A DNA stretch of 64,000 nucleotides from contig DASSQE010000044.1 of assembly GCA_035702645.1 (NCBI GenBank), positions 9,620 through 73,619 of the forward strand. Reading direction: 5' to 3'. The notes below the pieces were generated by a model. It did no database searches, was not told where the DNA came from, and saw only the letters and a program-made list of their open reading frames with translations. Shown piece by piece: positions 10,382 to 19,403 of the stretch; positions within the stretch are counted from its first letter, which is position 1, and every line of letters starts with the position of its first letter. The position numbers were made by a program, and so were the translations under genes. The DNA is from Gaiellaceae bacterium (lineage in GTDB: Bacteria; Actinomycetota; Thermoleophilia; Gaiellales; Gaiellaceae).

Positions 10382-11182
10382 TCAGGGCAGGGGCGTGATC
10401 CGGATGGTCTGTCCGGGGCTCGCGTGGAGCATCCGGGCCGCGCTGCCGCGCGAGATCGCGACGGACATGTTCCGGTAGCTGTCCTCGTACAGGATCACGT
10501 CACCCGGACGCGCATCGGCGAAGGTCCTCGCCATGACCGCGTAGTAGCGCTCACCCGAGTGCTCGAGCTCGACCCGCGTCCCCGAGACGACGCCGACCCG
10601 CTCCACGTCGTCGCGCGTGAGGTTGAGCGCGATGTTCCCGAAGCTGTCCACATACAGGAGGAGCGCGGTGATCGCAGTGCCGTCGACGCGGGGCACCGGC
10701 ACGTCGAGGTCGACGAGCGCGTCGGGATCGAGCGGGGGGCCGAGCTCCTCGAGCGCCACGCCGTTGGCGAGGTGAGCAGCCGCGGGGGAGAAGAGGTCGC
10801 GGCCATGGAACGTGCGCGAGATCGCATCCAGCGCGTACTCCGGGTTCGCGAGCTCGTGCGCCGCCGCGATCCCCGCCCGGCGGGCAGCCGGCAGGAGGAG
10901 GCCGTTGTCGGGGCCGACGTAGTGCCTGCCCTCCCGGTCGCGGAGCGCCAGCGGCCTGCGGGGACCGCCCACACCGGGATCGACCACCGCGAGGTGCACC
11001 CCGACGGGCATGTAGCCGATCGTGTTCCGGAGGACGAGCGCCCCCTGCAAGACGGACTGCGCCGGGATGCCGTGCGTGATGTCGATGATCTCCGCGTCCG
11101 GCGCGATGCGCTTGATCACCCCGTGACACGTGCCGACGAAGTCGTCCTTGAGCCCGAAGTCGCTCAGGAACGTGATGAACAC
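10382..11182 (-). CDS. SAM hydroxide adenosyltransferase family protein (DUF62, fluorinase/chlorinase-related)
   Basis: 266 aa. N-terminus FITFLSDFGLKDDFVGTCHGVI, plus VVDPGVGG, GPDNGLL, FHGRDLFSPAAA and SFGNI motifs characteristic of DUF62. GTG start at 11182. Confidence 0.8.
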   Translation of the reverse strand: MFITFLSDFGLKDDFVGTCHGVIKRIAPDAEIIDITHGIPAQSVLQGALVLRNTIGYMPVGVHLAVVDPGVGGPRRPLALRDREGRHYVGPDNGLLLPAARRAGIAAAHELANPEYALDAISRTFHGRDLFSPAAAHLANGVALEELGPPLDPDALVDLDVPVPRVDGTAITALLLYVDSFGNIALNLTRDDVERVGVVSGTRVELEHSGERYYAVMARTFADARPGDVILYEDSYRNMSVAISRGSAARMLHASPGQTIRITPLP

Positions 11183-11435
11183 GCGCGGGAGCCTAACGAG
11201 GTGGTTCGGCCGGGAGCGTCAGCGCGACGACTGCCGCGCGAGCACGCACGACTTCCTGCGTGCCGCAGCGACCGGTTCGCCGCAGATGCGACCGCCGCGC
11301 GGCCGGATGCGCACGAACGCCGTCGGAGCCTGGAGCGGCAGCGGCCTGCCGGCGAACGGCGTGCGAGTCATTACTAGGGCGTCCGTCCCGTGGAAGCCGT
11401 GTGCACGCGCGGAGCATAGTCCGGCTCCCGGCGGT

Positions 11436-11633
11436 TCACGCCTCGTGGAGCACCTCGCGCGGTCCGGCATCGGCCGTCTCACGGTCGGGCTGCTGTCGTC
11501 TCTGCGCAAGCCTCAGCAGCTCGGTCGTCTGGCGCTGGAGCCGAGCGAGCTTGGCCGCGATGATCGCCACGTACGCGAGGACGAAGACGAAGACGACCCC
11601 GTACGCCGCGGCGACGTATTGCCCCTGCGTCAC
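11436..11633 (-). CDS. ccmD: Heme exporter protein D
   Basis: 65 aa, single TM helix, with the YVAAAYGVVFVFVLAYV...KLARLQRQ pattern typical of CcmD. It overlaps the ccmC stop by 4 nt. Confidence 0.7.
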   Translation of the reverse strand: MTQGQYVAAAYGVVFVFVLAYVAIIAAKLARLQRQTTELLRLAQRRQQPDRETADAGPREVLHEA

Positions 11634-12319
11634 TGGAGCGCCTCACGGAGCTCGCGGAGGTTGGCGTCGACGCGCTTCCCCGCAAGCTCGACGCGATACA
11701 GGAGATACGCGAGGAGCGTCACCGCCGCCCAACAGAAGCAGAACGCGGTGAACATCGAGCCACTCATCTGAGGCCCGTGGCGCGTGAACACGGTTGGATG
11801 GATGAAATCCTGGGCCATCCGGATCGCAAGAAAGCTGACCGGGATCAGTGCGACGCCGAAGAGCGCGTACACCGCGCAGGTCCGCCCCCGCTGTGGGCCG
11901 TCCTCGAGTGAGAAGCGGAGCATGAAGTAGGCGCAATAGAAGAGGAAGAGGACGAGGAAGAGGACGAGCTGATTCGAGCTCCAGGTCCACCAGATCCCCC
12001 ACGACGCCTTCGCCCAGATCGAGCCGGTGAGCAGCGTCAGCGAGCCGAAGATCGTCCCCTGGTGGATCGCGACGTAGCTCTCGAGGTCGTACCGTTCGTC
12101 GCCGCGGGCGAGAAGCAGGAGGGCCTTCCACGCACCGAGCGCGAAGCAGAAGTACGCCGTCAGCGCGATCGGCACGTGGATGTAGAAGATCCGCTGCGAC
12201 ACGCCCTGGTCGGCGTCCTCAGGCGCGACGATGAGCGCGAGCATCAGCGCGACGCCCATCAGCAGGGTGGTCAGCGCAGCAAGCCCCGGAAGGCTGCGGA
12301 CCGGCGCCAGAAGGCTCAC
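11630..12319 (-). CDS. ccmC: Heme exporter protein C
   Basis: Trp-rich motif WGIWWTWS with flanking His residues (FYIHVP, DFIHPT), polytopic. The tracked ORF extends to 12454, but that part overlaps ccmB. An in-frame GTG at 12319 lies 10 nt after the ccmB stop. Confidence 0.85.
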   Translation of the reverse strand: MSLLAPVRSLPGLAALTTLLMGVALMLALIVAPEDADQGVSQRIFYIHVPIALTAYFCFALGAWKALLLLARGDERYDLESYVAIHQGTIFGSLTLLTGSIWAKASWGIWWTWSSNQLVLFLVLFLFYCAYFMLRFSLEDGPQRGRTCAVYALFGVALIPVSFLAIRMAQDFIHPTVFTRHGPQMSGSMFTAFCFCWAAVTLLAYLLYRVELAGKRVDANLRELREALQ

Positions 12320-12329
12320 AGAGGTTCTC

Positions 12330-12968
12330 TCACTCGGTGACGACGAACTCGAACGACGCCCACGAGAGTACCGCGAAGATCCCGTCGTACAGCGCCAGGA
12401 GGAGCAGGAAGCGGCCCTCCTCGGGCGAGATCGCCGCTCCCACTCCCCCGACAACGAGCGGAATCGTTAGGGGGAGGAGGAGCAGAGGAAGGAGAAGCTC
12501 GCGCGCGCGTCCGGCGGCCGCCATCGCCGCCACCAGCGAACCGACCGCGCAGATCCCGATGTCTGCGAGCAGCACGCCCGCGAGCGCCGTCGCGTCGAGG
12601 GGTGCGAAGAAGAGTGCGAAGATCGGGAGCGCGACGGCCTGCGCCGCGAGGAGAAAGGCGAGGGTGGCGAGCGACTTCCCGAGCCAGATCGCGCTCCGGT
12701 CGCAGGGAGCGAGCAGGAGCCCGTCGAGCACGCCGTGTTCGTGCTCGGGCACCCACGCGCGCGAGAGGCCGAGCAACGCGGTGAAGACGATTGCGATCCA
12801 GAGCAGCCCGTACGCCGCGTCGTCGCCGGTCTCCTTCGACAGCGCGAATCGGAAGACGACGAGCGTCGAGAGGACGAAGAGCAGCATCGCCGGGAGCGTG
12901 TCCCGTGCGCGCAGCTCGACCTTCAAGTCCTTCCGCGCGAGGACGGCCACGTCTGCGACGTAGCTCAT
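12330..12968 (-). CDS. ccmB: Heme exporter protein B (ABC permease)
   Basis: 212 aa polytopic protein positioned between ccmA and ccmC, with a CcmB-like N-terminus (LARKDLKVELRARDTL). 4-nt overlap with ccmA. Confidence 0.8.
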   Translation of the reverse strand: MSYVADVAVLARKDLKVELRARDTLPAMLLFVLSTLVVFRFALSKETGDDAAYGLLWIAIVFTALLGLSRAWVPEHEHGVLDGLLLAPCDRSAIWLGKSLATLAFLLAAQAVALPIFALFFAPLDATALAGVLLADIGICAVGSLVAAMAAAGRARELLLPLLLLPLTIPLVVGGVGAAISPEEGRFLLLLALYDGIFAVLSWASFEFVVTE

Positions 12969-13549
12969 GCGAGCGCCAGTCTGTTCGTGGCAAATGCCAC
13001 GACCCGCTCGGGATCGTGAGTCGTCATCACGATGGCACGGTTGCCGACGAGGCCGGCGAGCTCGCGATCGAGCAGTTGCGCCCCCTCGTCGTCGAGTCCG
13101 GTGAACGGCTCGTCCAGGACGAGCAGCGAAGGCTCGTGGAGCAGCGCACGGCAGAGAGCGAGACGCTGGGTCATCCCCCGCGAGTACGTGGCGACCCGCT
13201 CCGCGCGTGCGTCCCAGAGACCGAACCGCTCCAGCAACATCCCGATGCGCTCACGGCGCTCGGGCACCCGGTAGAGGCGGCCGAAGAGGTCGAGGTTCTC
13301 GAGCGCGGTCAGCTCCCGGTAGACGAGCGGGTCGTGCGCGACGACGCCGATGTGCCCGCGCTCTGCCTCGACCTCGAGCGTCCCCCGCGTCGGAGCGGCG
13401 AGCCCCGAGAGGAGGCGGAGGAGCGTCGTCTTCCCCGACCCGTTCGGGCCGGTCACGAGCAGGAACCCGTCCGTCGAGAGGTCGACGTCCAGCCCTCGGA
13501 GCACCCGTCGACTCCCATAGCGCTTCTCGAGGCCGCGGGCGCGTATCAC
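12965..13549 (-). CDS. ccmA: Heme ABC exporter ATP-binding protein
   Basis: Walker A GPNGSGKTTLL, signature YSRGMTQR, Walker B LLVLDEP. Short (194 aa) like CcmA. Confidence 0.85.
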   Translation of the reverse strand: MIRARGLEKRYGSRRVLRGLDVDLSTDGFLLVTGPNGSGKTTLLRLLSGLAAPTRGTLEVEAERGHIGVVAHDPLVYRELTALENLDLFGRLYRVPERRERIGMLLERFGLWDARAERVATYSRGMTQRLALCRALLHEPSLLVLDEPFTGLDDEGAQLLDRELAGLVGNRAIVMTTHDPERVVAFATNRLALA

Positions 13550-14412
13550 CCGAGCACGGTGTCGAGCATGACGAAGACGAAGAAGACCACGCTGATCACG
13601 CCGTTCACGGTGAAGAACGCGGCGTCGAGCCGTCTCAGGTCGCCCGGCCGCACGATCGAGTGCTCGTACCCGAGGAGCGCAGCCGTCGCGACCACTCCGA
13701 GCCAGTAGAAGACGTCGACACCGAGGCCCAAGCCAGCAACCACGAGGAGCGCGACCGTGAACGCATGGAACATGCGCGCGCCCCGAAAGACGCCGATCTC
13801 ACCGAAGCGCGTCGCCCACGAGTGGAGGCCCGCTTGGCGGTCGTGCTCGGCGTCGAAGAGCGAGTAGAAGAGGTCGAAGCCCGCAACCCAGAAGAGCACC
13901 GCGCCTCCGAGCACCCACGCCTCCCACGGCGCCGTCCCCGAGATCGCGAGCCACGCCCCGACCGGCGCGAGGCCGAGGCACGCTCCGAGCCAAATGTGGC
14001 AGAGCCACGTCACTCGCTTGAGGTACGGGTAGACGAAGAACATCGCGACCGGAATCGGCCACAGCCAGCGGACGATCGGGTCGAGCTGGAACACGGCGAC
14101 GAGGAAGACCACGAGCGCACCGACGCTCAGCGCGACGACCTGGACGGGACGCAATGCGCCGCTCGGAAGCTCCCGCGCCGCCGTCCGCGGGTTGCGGGCA
14201 TCGAGATCCGCGTCGACGAGCCTGTTCAGCGCCATCGCCAGCGTTCGCGCGCCGACCATCGCGACCGTCACCCACACGATGTCGGCAAGGCCGGGCCAGC
14301 CGTCCGCCGCGAAGAACACGCCGACGTAGGCAAACGGAAGCGCGAAGACCGTGTGCTCGATCTTCACCAGCGAGGCGAAGCGCCGCGGAAGCGTGGCGAT
14401 CGTCGTGCTCAC
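13546..14412 (-). CDS. UbiA-family aromatic prenyltransferase (ubiA_other / MqnP-like)
   Basis: KIEHTVFALPFA N-terminal motif and Asp-rich NRLVDADLDARNPRTAARELPSG motif. 288 aa polytopic protein. More similar to the 4-hydroxybenzoate/MqnP type than to heme O synthase. Confidence 0.8.
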   Translation of the reverse strand: MSTTIATLPRRFASLVKIEHTVFALPFAYVGVFFAADGWPGLADIVWVTVAMVGARTLAMALNRLVDADLDARNPRTAARELPSGALRPVQVVALSVGALVVFLVAVFQLDPIVRWLWPIPVAMFFVYPYLKRVTWLCHIWLGACLGLAPVGAWLAISGTAPWEAWVLGGAVLFWVAGFDLFYSLFDAEHDRQAGLHSWATRFGEIGVFRGARMFHAFTVALLVVAGLGLGVDVFYWLGVVATAALLGYEHSIVRPGDLRRLDAAFFTVNGVISVVFFVFVMLDTVLG

Positions 14413-14891
14413 GTCTGGCGGTGCGAGGTCGCGGTCTCGCCGGCGGCGAGCTCGAGGCCGTGGTGGAGAGCAGGTCTGAGAACGGCGAAGCCGTCGCGGC
14501 AGCCGCCGGGAGAGCCGGGAAGGTTCACGACGAGGGTCGCGCCGCGGAGCCCCGCGACGCCGCGGGAGAGCAAGGCGTGCGGAGTCCGGGCACGGGCGTC
14601 CGCACGGATCGCCTCGGCGATCCCGGGGGCCTCGCGATCGATCACGGCTCGTGTCGCCTCCGGCGTCCGGTCACGCGGTGCGAAGCCGGTGCCACCCGTG
14701 GTCAGGACGAGGTCGGCCTCGCTCGCCAGCGCACCGATCGCCTCCTCGATCGCCTCGCTCTCGTCCGGGACGACTCGGCGTACGACTTCGAACCCGTCCT
14801 CCGCGAGCATTACCTCGAGGGCATCGCCGCTCGCATCGTCCCGCACTCCTGCGTGAACGCCGTCGGAGATCGTGAGCACGCCCGCCCTCAC
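14409..14891 (-). CDS. mogA: MogA/MoaB-family molybdenum cofactor biosynthesis protein
   Basis: 160 aa with LVLTTGGTGFAPRD and NLPGSPGG motifs. Confidence 0.85.
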   Translation of the reverse strand: MRAGVLTISDGVHAGVRDDASGDALEVMLAEDGFEVVRRVVPDESEAIEEAIGALASEADLVLTTGGTGFAPRDRTPEATRAVIDREAPGIAEAIRADARARTPHALLSRGVAGLRGATLVVNLPGSPGGCRDGFAVLRPALHHGLELAAGETATSHRQT

Positions 14892-15334
14892 AGGGGCTCC
14901 TTGGACTTGGAGACGAGGCGCACGGCGCCGATCTCCATCTCCCCGTCAACGGCCTTGGCCATGTCGTAGACCGTCAACGCCGCGACGCTCGCGGCGACCA
15001 GAGCCTCCATCTCCACGCCTGTCTGCGCGGTCGTCTCCGCGACGCTATCGATCTCGACTCCCTCGTCGCCGACCTCCAGGCGTACCTCCACGTGCGTCAG
15101 TGGCAGCGGATGACAGAGCGGGATGAGCTCGGCTGTTCGCTTCGCCGCCTGGATGCCGGCGATCTGCGCGGTCACGAGCGCGTCCCCCTTGGGCAGGTCG
15201 GACAGCGTCGCGACCGTGGCGGCCGCCATGCGGACGCTCGCGCGGGCATGCGCCTTCCGACGCGACAGCGGCTTGCCGCCGACGTCCACCATCCGCACTT
15301 CACCGGATGCCTCGACGTGCGAGAGGTCGCTCAC
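14888..15334 (-). CDS. moaC: Cyclic pyranopterin monophosphate synthase
   Basis: 148 aa with MVDVGGKP, AGIQAAKRT and LIPLCHPLPLT motifs. Confidence 0.9.
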   Translation of the reverse strand: MSDLSHVEASGEVRMVDVGGKPLSRRKAHARASVRMAAATVATLSDLPKGDALVTAQIAGIQAAKRTAELIPLCHPLPLTHVEVRLEVGDEGVEIDSVAETTAQTGVEMEALVAASVAALTVYDMAKAVDGEMEIGAVRLVSKSKEPL

Positions 15335-15364
15335 GCGCAGATCGTAGACCGACGCGGCAGAGGG

Positions 15365-16797
15365 CTACGGACGACCGGCGTTTTCACGTGAAAACGCGGG
15401 CGCCGCGGTGGAACCGATGTCGGGAGGACCCTCTCCCACCAGGTCGAGCGTGAACACGGTCCTCCCCGGCCGCGATTCCAGGCGCACGGAGCCGCCCATG
15501 AGCCGGGCGAGCTCTTTCGCGATCGCCAGGCCGAGCCCGCTACCCGACGCGATCCCCCCCTCGACGCGGTAGAAGCGGTCGAACACTGCTTCCCGCTGGG
15601 TCGCCGGAATCCCGGGGCCGTCGTCGACGACCGACAGTTCGGCCCGTTCGCCCCGCCGCTGGACACGCACGGTCACACGTGTCCCGGACGGCGTGTGCGA
15701 GAGCGCGTTGACGACGAGCGCCCGGGCCACCTGGAGCACGCGCTCCTCGTCCCCGAGCGCCCAGACCTCGCCCTGCGCGTCGCTCTCGAGCACGTGTCCC
15801 GATGCCGCCCGCATCGGCTCGAGCTCGTCCACCAGGCTGCGGGCCAGCTCCCCGAGGTCGACCGGGTCCTGCGCCACCCGTAGCTGGCCCGCGTCCACGC
15901 GAGAGAGGTCGAGCAGGTCGGTCGAGAGCTTCGCGAGCCGTGCGACCTGCTCCTGCATCGTCTCGAGAAAGCGTCGACGGGTCTCGTCGTCGAGATCCTC
16001 GTCGGTGAGCAGCTCGAGGAAGCCTCCGAGCGAGAAGAGGGGCGTCCGGAGCTCGTGGGAGGCGTTCGCGACGAACTCCTTGCGCGCGGTGTCGAGCTGC
16101 GAGAGCCGGATCCGCATCCGGTCGAATGCGACGGCGAGCTGTCCGATCTCGTCGTCGCCTCGGTCGATGATCGGGACGTCGAAGTCACCACCCGCGATCC
16201 GCTCCGCGGCGTTCTCCAGCCGCCGGAGCCTGTTCGCGAGCAGCGCCGATGCGGAGAGACCGAGCGCCGCAGCGAGGAGGAGTGCGAATCCCGTCGCGAG
16301 GAGCAGTCGGCGTTCGACGAGGTGCACCGTGGCGAGCGAGTCGGCGAGCGGCGCCTCGAAGAGCAGCACCGAGCCGGACTCGAGCGGAACGGCGACGTTC
16401 GCGTAGTCCCCGGAGGACTCCACTACCCGGCCCGTCTCGACCTCGCCGCTGACGAGCGCACGCAGCGCCACCGGGTCGTTGGCGACGTCCCGCGAGCTGT
16501 CGCGCTGCGAGTCCGCGATCACTGCGAGCGCGGGCGGCGCTTTCGCGAGCGTCTCGAATGCGATCACACGCGCGTTCGTCGTAACCGCGTAGGCCTCGAC
16601 CTTCTGCTGCCAAAGGACGTGGTCGGTCGGGAACGTCTTCGAGAGCGGGACGGCGAGCCCCTGGAGCTCCGCCGTACGCGCCTCGACGAGCCGGTGCTCG
16701 AGCGAGGGCACGACGATGACGTACGCAGCCCCGAGCGCCACCGCGACGATGGCAACCAGGGCCAGCGCGATGCGGACCCGGATTCCGCCCGGAATCC

Positions 16798-16801
<4 letters not shown>
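15365..16801 (-). CDS. Sensor histidine kinase (TM-sensor-TM-HAMP-HisKA-HATPase)
   Basis: Two TM helices flank an extracytoplasmic region of about 140 aa. H-box ASHELRTPL and G-box GSGLGLAIAKE. 4-nt overlap with the response regulator gene. Confidence 0.9.
15378..15397. promoter_or_regulatory. 20-bp perfect palindrome GCGTTTTCACGTGAAAACGC, parS-like
   Basis: Read directly from the sequence. The central 14-mer TTTTCACGTGAAAA differs from the parS core GTTTCACGTGAAAC only at the two outermost positions. It sits inside the last 11 codons of the histidine kinase gene, 44-63 nt upstream of the moaC ATG. Confidence 0.45.
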
Positions 16802-17496
<695 letters not shown>

Positions 17497-17549
17497 GAGA
17501 GAGCGATACTGGGCCGCGAGGCCGCCTGCGCGCCTACTATAGCCCCGCG

Positions 17550-19403
17550 ATGGAAGCGGCTCGGCCCCCGAGGGGCAGGCGAAGACCGCGTCGCGGCACC
17601 GTCGATAGACCGCTCAACGTCCGCCTCGTTCGAGTCGCGTCGCTCGTCGTCCTGCCTGCTCTCCTGGCTCTTCTATTCTCCATCTCGACAACGGGGCGCC
17701 TGCCCCGCCCGACCCTCCAGCCACTCTTCGACGCCGACGCAGCCGCGACGCTCGCGGCCCAGCTGTCGAGCGAGTATCCGTCCCGCGTACCGGGCAGCCT
17801 CGGCGCCGCTGGCGCAACCCGCTGGTACGCGCAGACGATTTCCGCGAGCGGGCTCGACGCGCACGAGGACTCCTGGCGCGCCGACCTCCCCGACCTCGGG
17901 ACCGTCGAGCTCCACAACGTCGTGACGGTCATCCCGGGACGGTCCTCCCAGGCGATCGTCCTCCTCGCCCACCGTGACAACCAGGGAACCGGCTCCACGT
18001 TCGGCCAGAACGCGTCTGGGACCGCCGCTCTCATCGAGATCGCGCGCGGGTTCGCGCCCCAGGAAACGGTCGAAGCGGCGAAACCGAACCGGACGCTCGT
18101 GCTCGTCTCGACCGACGGCGGGGCGTACGGCGGCGCGGGCGCCTACCGGTTCGCGAGGACCTCGCCGTACGCCCGAGATGCTCTGGCGGTCGTCGTGCTC
18201 GACGGCATTGGCGGCTCGGGGCCACCGCGGCTCGCGATCGCGGGAGACGAGTCTCGAACCCCCGCGCCCACGCTGGTCAGCACGGCCGCTGCGCGTGTTC
18301 GCGAGCAGACGGGAGTCACGCCCGGCGTTCCGTCCGTGCCGACCCAGCTCGTCGATCTCGGGATCCCGTATGCAGCCGGTGAGCAGGGGCCGTTCCTCGC
18401 CCGTGACATCGCTGCCGTCACGCTCACGACAGCCGCGCCGGGCTACGGGTCGATCCCCTCCGGAGACGGGAGCTCCATCTCCCGAGAGCGCCTGGGTCAG
18501 CTCGGGCGCGCCACCGAAGCGCTCGTCGACTCCATCGACGCCAGCGTGGGCCGAGCGTTCCGCGCACCGGACATGCTCTTCTTCCGCGGCCGCGTAGCGA
18601 GCGGGTGGGCCGTGCGGTTGACCCTCATCGTCGCGGTCGTGCCCTTTGCGCTCGGCGTCCTCGACCTCCTCGTCCGTGGTCGGCGCCGCGGTCTTCCATT
18701 CGCTCCCGCGCTCAGGGCGCTCAGAGCCCGTGTCCTCTTCTGGCTGTACGCAGCTCTCCTCATGTGGATCGGCGCCCGGATCGGCGTCTTCCCGACCGGC
18801 GCCGCGCTGCCCCTCCCGCCGACCTCGTCGTCCGTCAACGACTGGCCGGTGGCGGGGCTCGGGCTCCTCGGAGTGGCCCTCGGGCTCGGCTGGCTCCTAG
18901 GGCGGCGCAGGCTCGTCCCCTCGGCAGCAGCATCCGTCGAGGAGAGGCTGGCCGGCTACACCGTTGCCCTCGCCTGGCTCGGGATCCTGGCTGTCGTCGT
19001 TGCGCTCGGCCACCCGTACGCTCTCGTCTTCGTCCTGCCATCGCTGTACGCCTGGCTGTGGCTGCCCCTCCAGTCGCGCCTCTGGCCACGGGCGGTCGTC
19101 TACTGCATCGGCCTGATCGGACCAGCCCTCGGCATTGTGGTCCTCGCCCGGGAGCTCGGGATCTCAGTCGGAGACGCGGCGCTCTACGTCACCGGGCTCG
19201 TGACCGTCGGCTATGTCTCGCTCGGCTCCGTCCTGTTCGCAGTCGCCTGGCTCGGCGCGGCCGCGCAACTGGCTGCGCTCGCGTTCGCGAGGTATGCGCC
19301 GTACGCGGGAGGCGCGGAGCCGCCGCCACGGGGCGTCGTGAGGGAGTCGGTGGCGACCGTCGCACGGCGGGAGCGCGCGCGGCGCTATGCGAGAGCCAGG
19401 TAG
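17550..19403 (+). CDS. Membrane protein with N-terminal M28-like peptidase domain and C-terminal polytopic domain
   Basis: AHRDN..G..QNASGTAALIEIAR resembles the M28 Zn-aminopeptidase motif. The C-terminal ~270 aa are 6-8 hydrophobic helices. Confidence 0.6.
   Translation: MEAARPPRGRRRPRRGTVDRPLNVRLVRVASLVVLPALLALLFSISTTGRLPRPTLQPLFDADAAATLAAQLSSEYPSRVPGSLGAAGATRWYAQTISASGLDAHEDSWRADLPDLGTVELHNVVTVIPGRSSQAIVLLAHRDNQGTGSTFGQNASGTAALIEIARGFAPQETVEAAKPNRTLVLVSTDGGAYGGAGAYRFARTSPYARDALAVVVLDGIGGSGPPRLAIAGDESRTPAPTLVSTAAARVREQTGVTPGVPSVPTQLVDLGIPYAAGEQGPFLARDIAAVTLTTAAPGYGSIPSGDGSSISRERLGQLGRATEALVDSIDASVGRAFRAPDMLFFRGRVASGWAVRLTLIVAVVPFALGVLDLLVRGRRRGLPFAPALRALRARVLFWLYAALLMWIGARIGVFPTGAALPLPPTSSSVNDWPVAGLGLLGVALGLGWLLGRRRLVPSAAASVEERLAGYTVALAWLGILAVVVALGHPYALVFVLPSLYAWLWLPLQSRLWPRAVVYCIGLIGPALGIVVLARELGISVGDAALYVTGLVTVGYVSLGSVLFAVAWLGAAAQLAALAFARYAPYAGGAEPPPRGVVRESVATVARRERARRYARAR

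Noticed and set aside
11183-11435. Possible riboswitch (SAM or Moco) in the 253-nt leader of the DUF62 gene
   Set aside because: I read the reverse complement and could not match the conserved cores I remember for SAM-I, SAM-II, SAM-IV or Moco RNA. Only an interrupted 9-bp stem with a large loop is visible. It is kept as an open question in the findings, not called as a feature.
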